A stretch of 62,218 nucleotides of DNA, filler included, from Hausera hauseri (taxonomy: Eukaryota), in the NCBI GenBank assembly GCA_046269625.1. It is 11 parts of 11 records of this genome, joined end to end, with 100 filler letters (N's around TTAATTAATTAA, not from the genome) between each part and the next. Parts side by side here need not be neighbours in the genome. Positions count along the whole stretch, not along the records: positions 56,681 to 62,218 come from JBJURY010234073.1; 10 more parts are not named here. The stretch is one strand, 5' to 3'. The notes beneath the pieces are model-generated. The model did not search any database. It was not told the origin of the DNA and was given only the letters and a program-made list of their open reading frames with translations. The position numbers and the translations under genes were made by a program. This document shows positions 61,831-62,218 of this stretch, piece by piece (position 1 is the first letter of the stretch; the number at the start of each line of letters is the position of its first letter).

Positions 61831-62218
61831 GGCATTAGTGAATGAATGGAAGCATTACAAATGAGCAGTATCAAATGCATATGTTGAAAAAAGAAAAAAA
61901 AAAGAAATAAGTCGTATTCTTCTCTTTTAACGAATAGAGGAAAATAATCCCGTGCTTTGTATGACTAGTCCTGTTTCGTCCAATACTTAATGTTCAGGTT
62001 CTTCATTTGTATAGCTTTCTTAATTGAATCCTTTGTAAATTTTTTTCTTGATAAATTCCCGAATAAGGGGTGTCATATTTTGTTATAAGCTGATTTTCTC
62101 CGCATCATCCAGCTCTTATCATTTGGTAGGACTGTCTTGTTATGTTATAAGCTGATTTCACATGCCCTCCACCCAAAGTCCTAACCATTTTTTATCATCC
62201 GGTGTCTTATGTGATAAG

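Overview
This window is not one locus. It is 11 unrelated eukaryotic (metazoan) contigs joined by an artificial 100-nt spacer (44 N + TTAATTAATTAA + 44 N): 1-7687, 7788-12985, 13086-17618, 17719-22012, 22113-26538, 26639-31976, 32077-38682, 38783-45638, 45739-49818, 49919-56580 and 56681-62218. Most of it is decayed transposon and repeat DNA: three CsRn1-type Ty3/Gypsy copies with doubled CHCC Gag fingers, a complete hAT (Buster-type) element inside a 128-bp satellite, RTE LINEs, tRNA- and V-SINEs, a Maverick/Polinton PolB remnant, complex helically phased repeats, and intron-less host gene fragments (CWC27, TOM1-like GAT, a beta-spectrin/importin-5 chimera, TSPN). The last contig looks like teleost fish DNA. 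Two regions stand out. (1) 32866-38682 is an LTR retroelement whose Gag frame continues through a ubiquitin-like domain and an AT-hook into a chuvirus-like class III glycoprotein, with no protease in between; its 3' end carries a membrane ORF and a REX4/DEDD-exonuclease-like accessory ORF. (2) 13086-17618 is a CpG-rich, intron-less, virus-like contig with a ribonucleotide reductase small subunit and an intact 584-aa zinc-finger/putative HUH-endonuclease/coiled-coil protein, organised in modules that share a 20-nt leader and a conserved GTAGAGTGACTCTAC palindrome just after stop codons. All family assignments come from motif recognition by eye; no searches were run.
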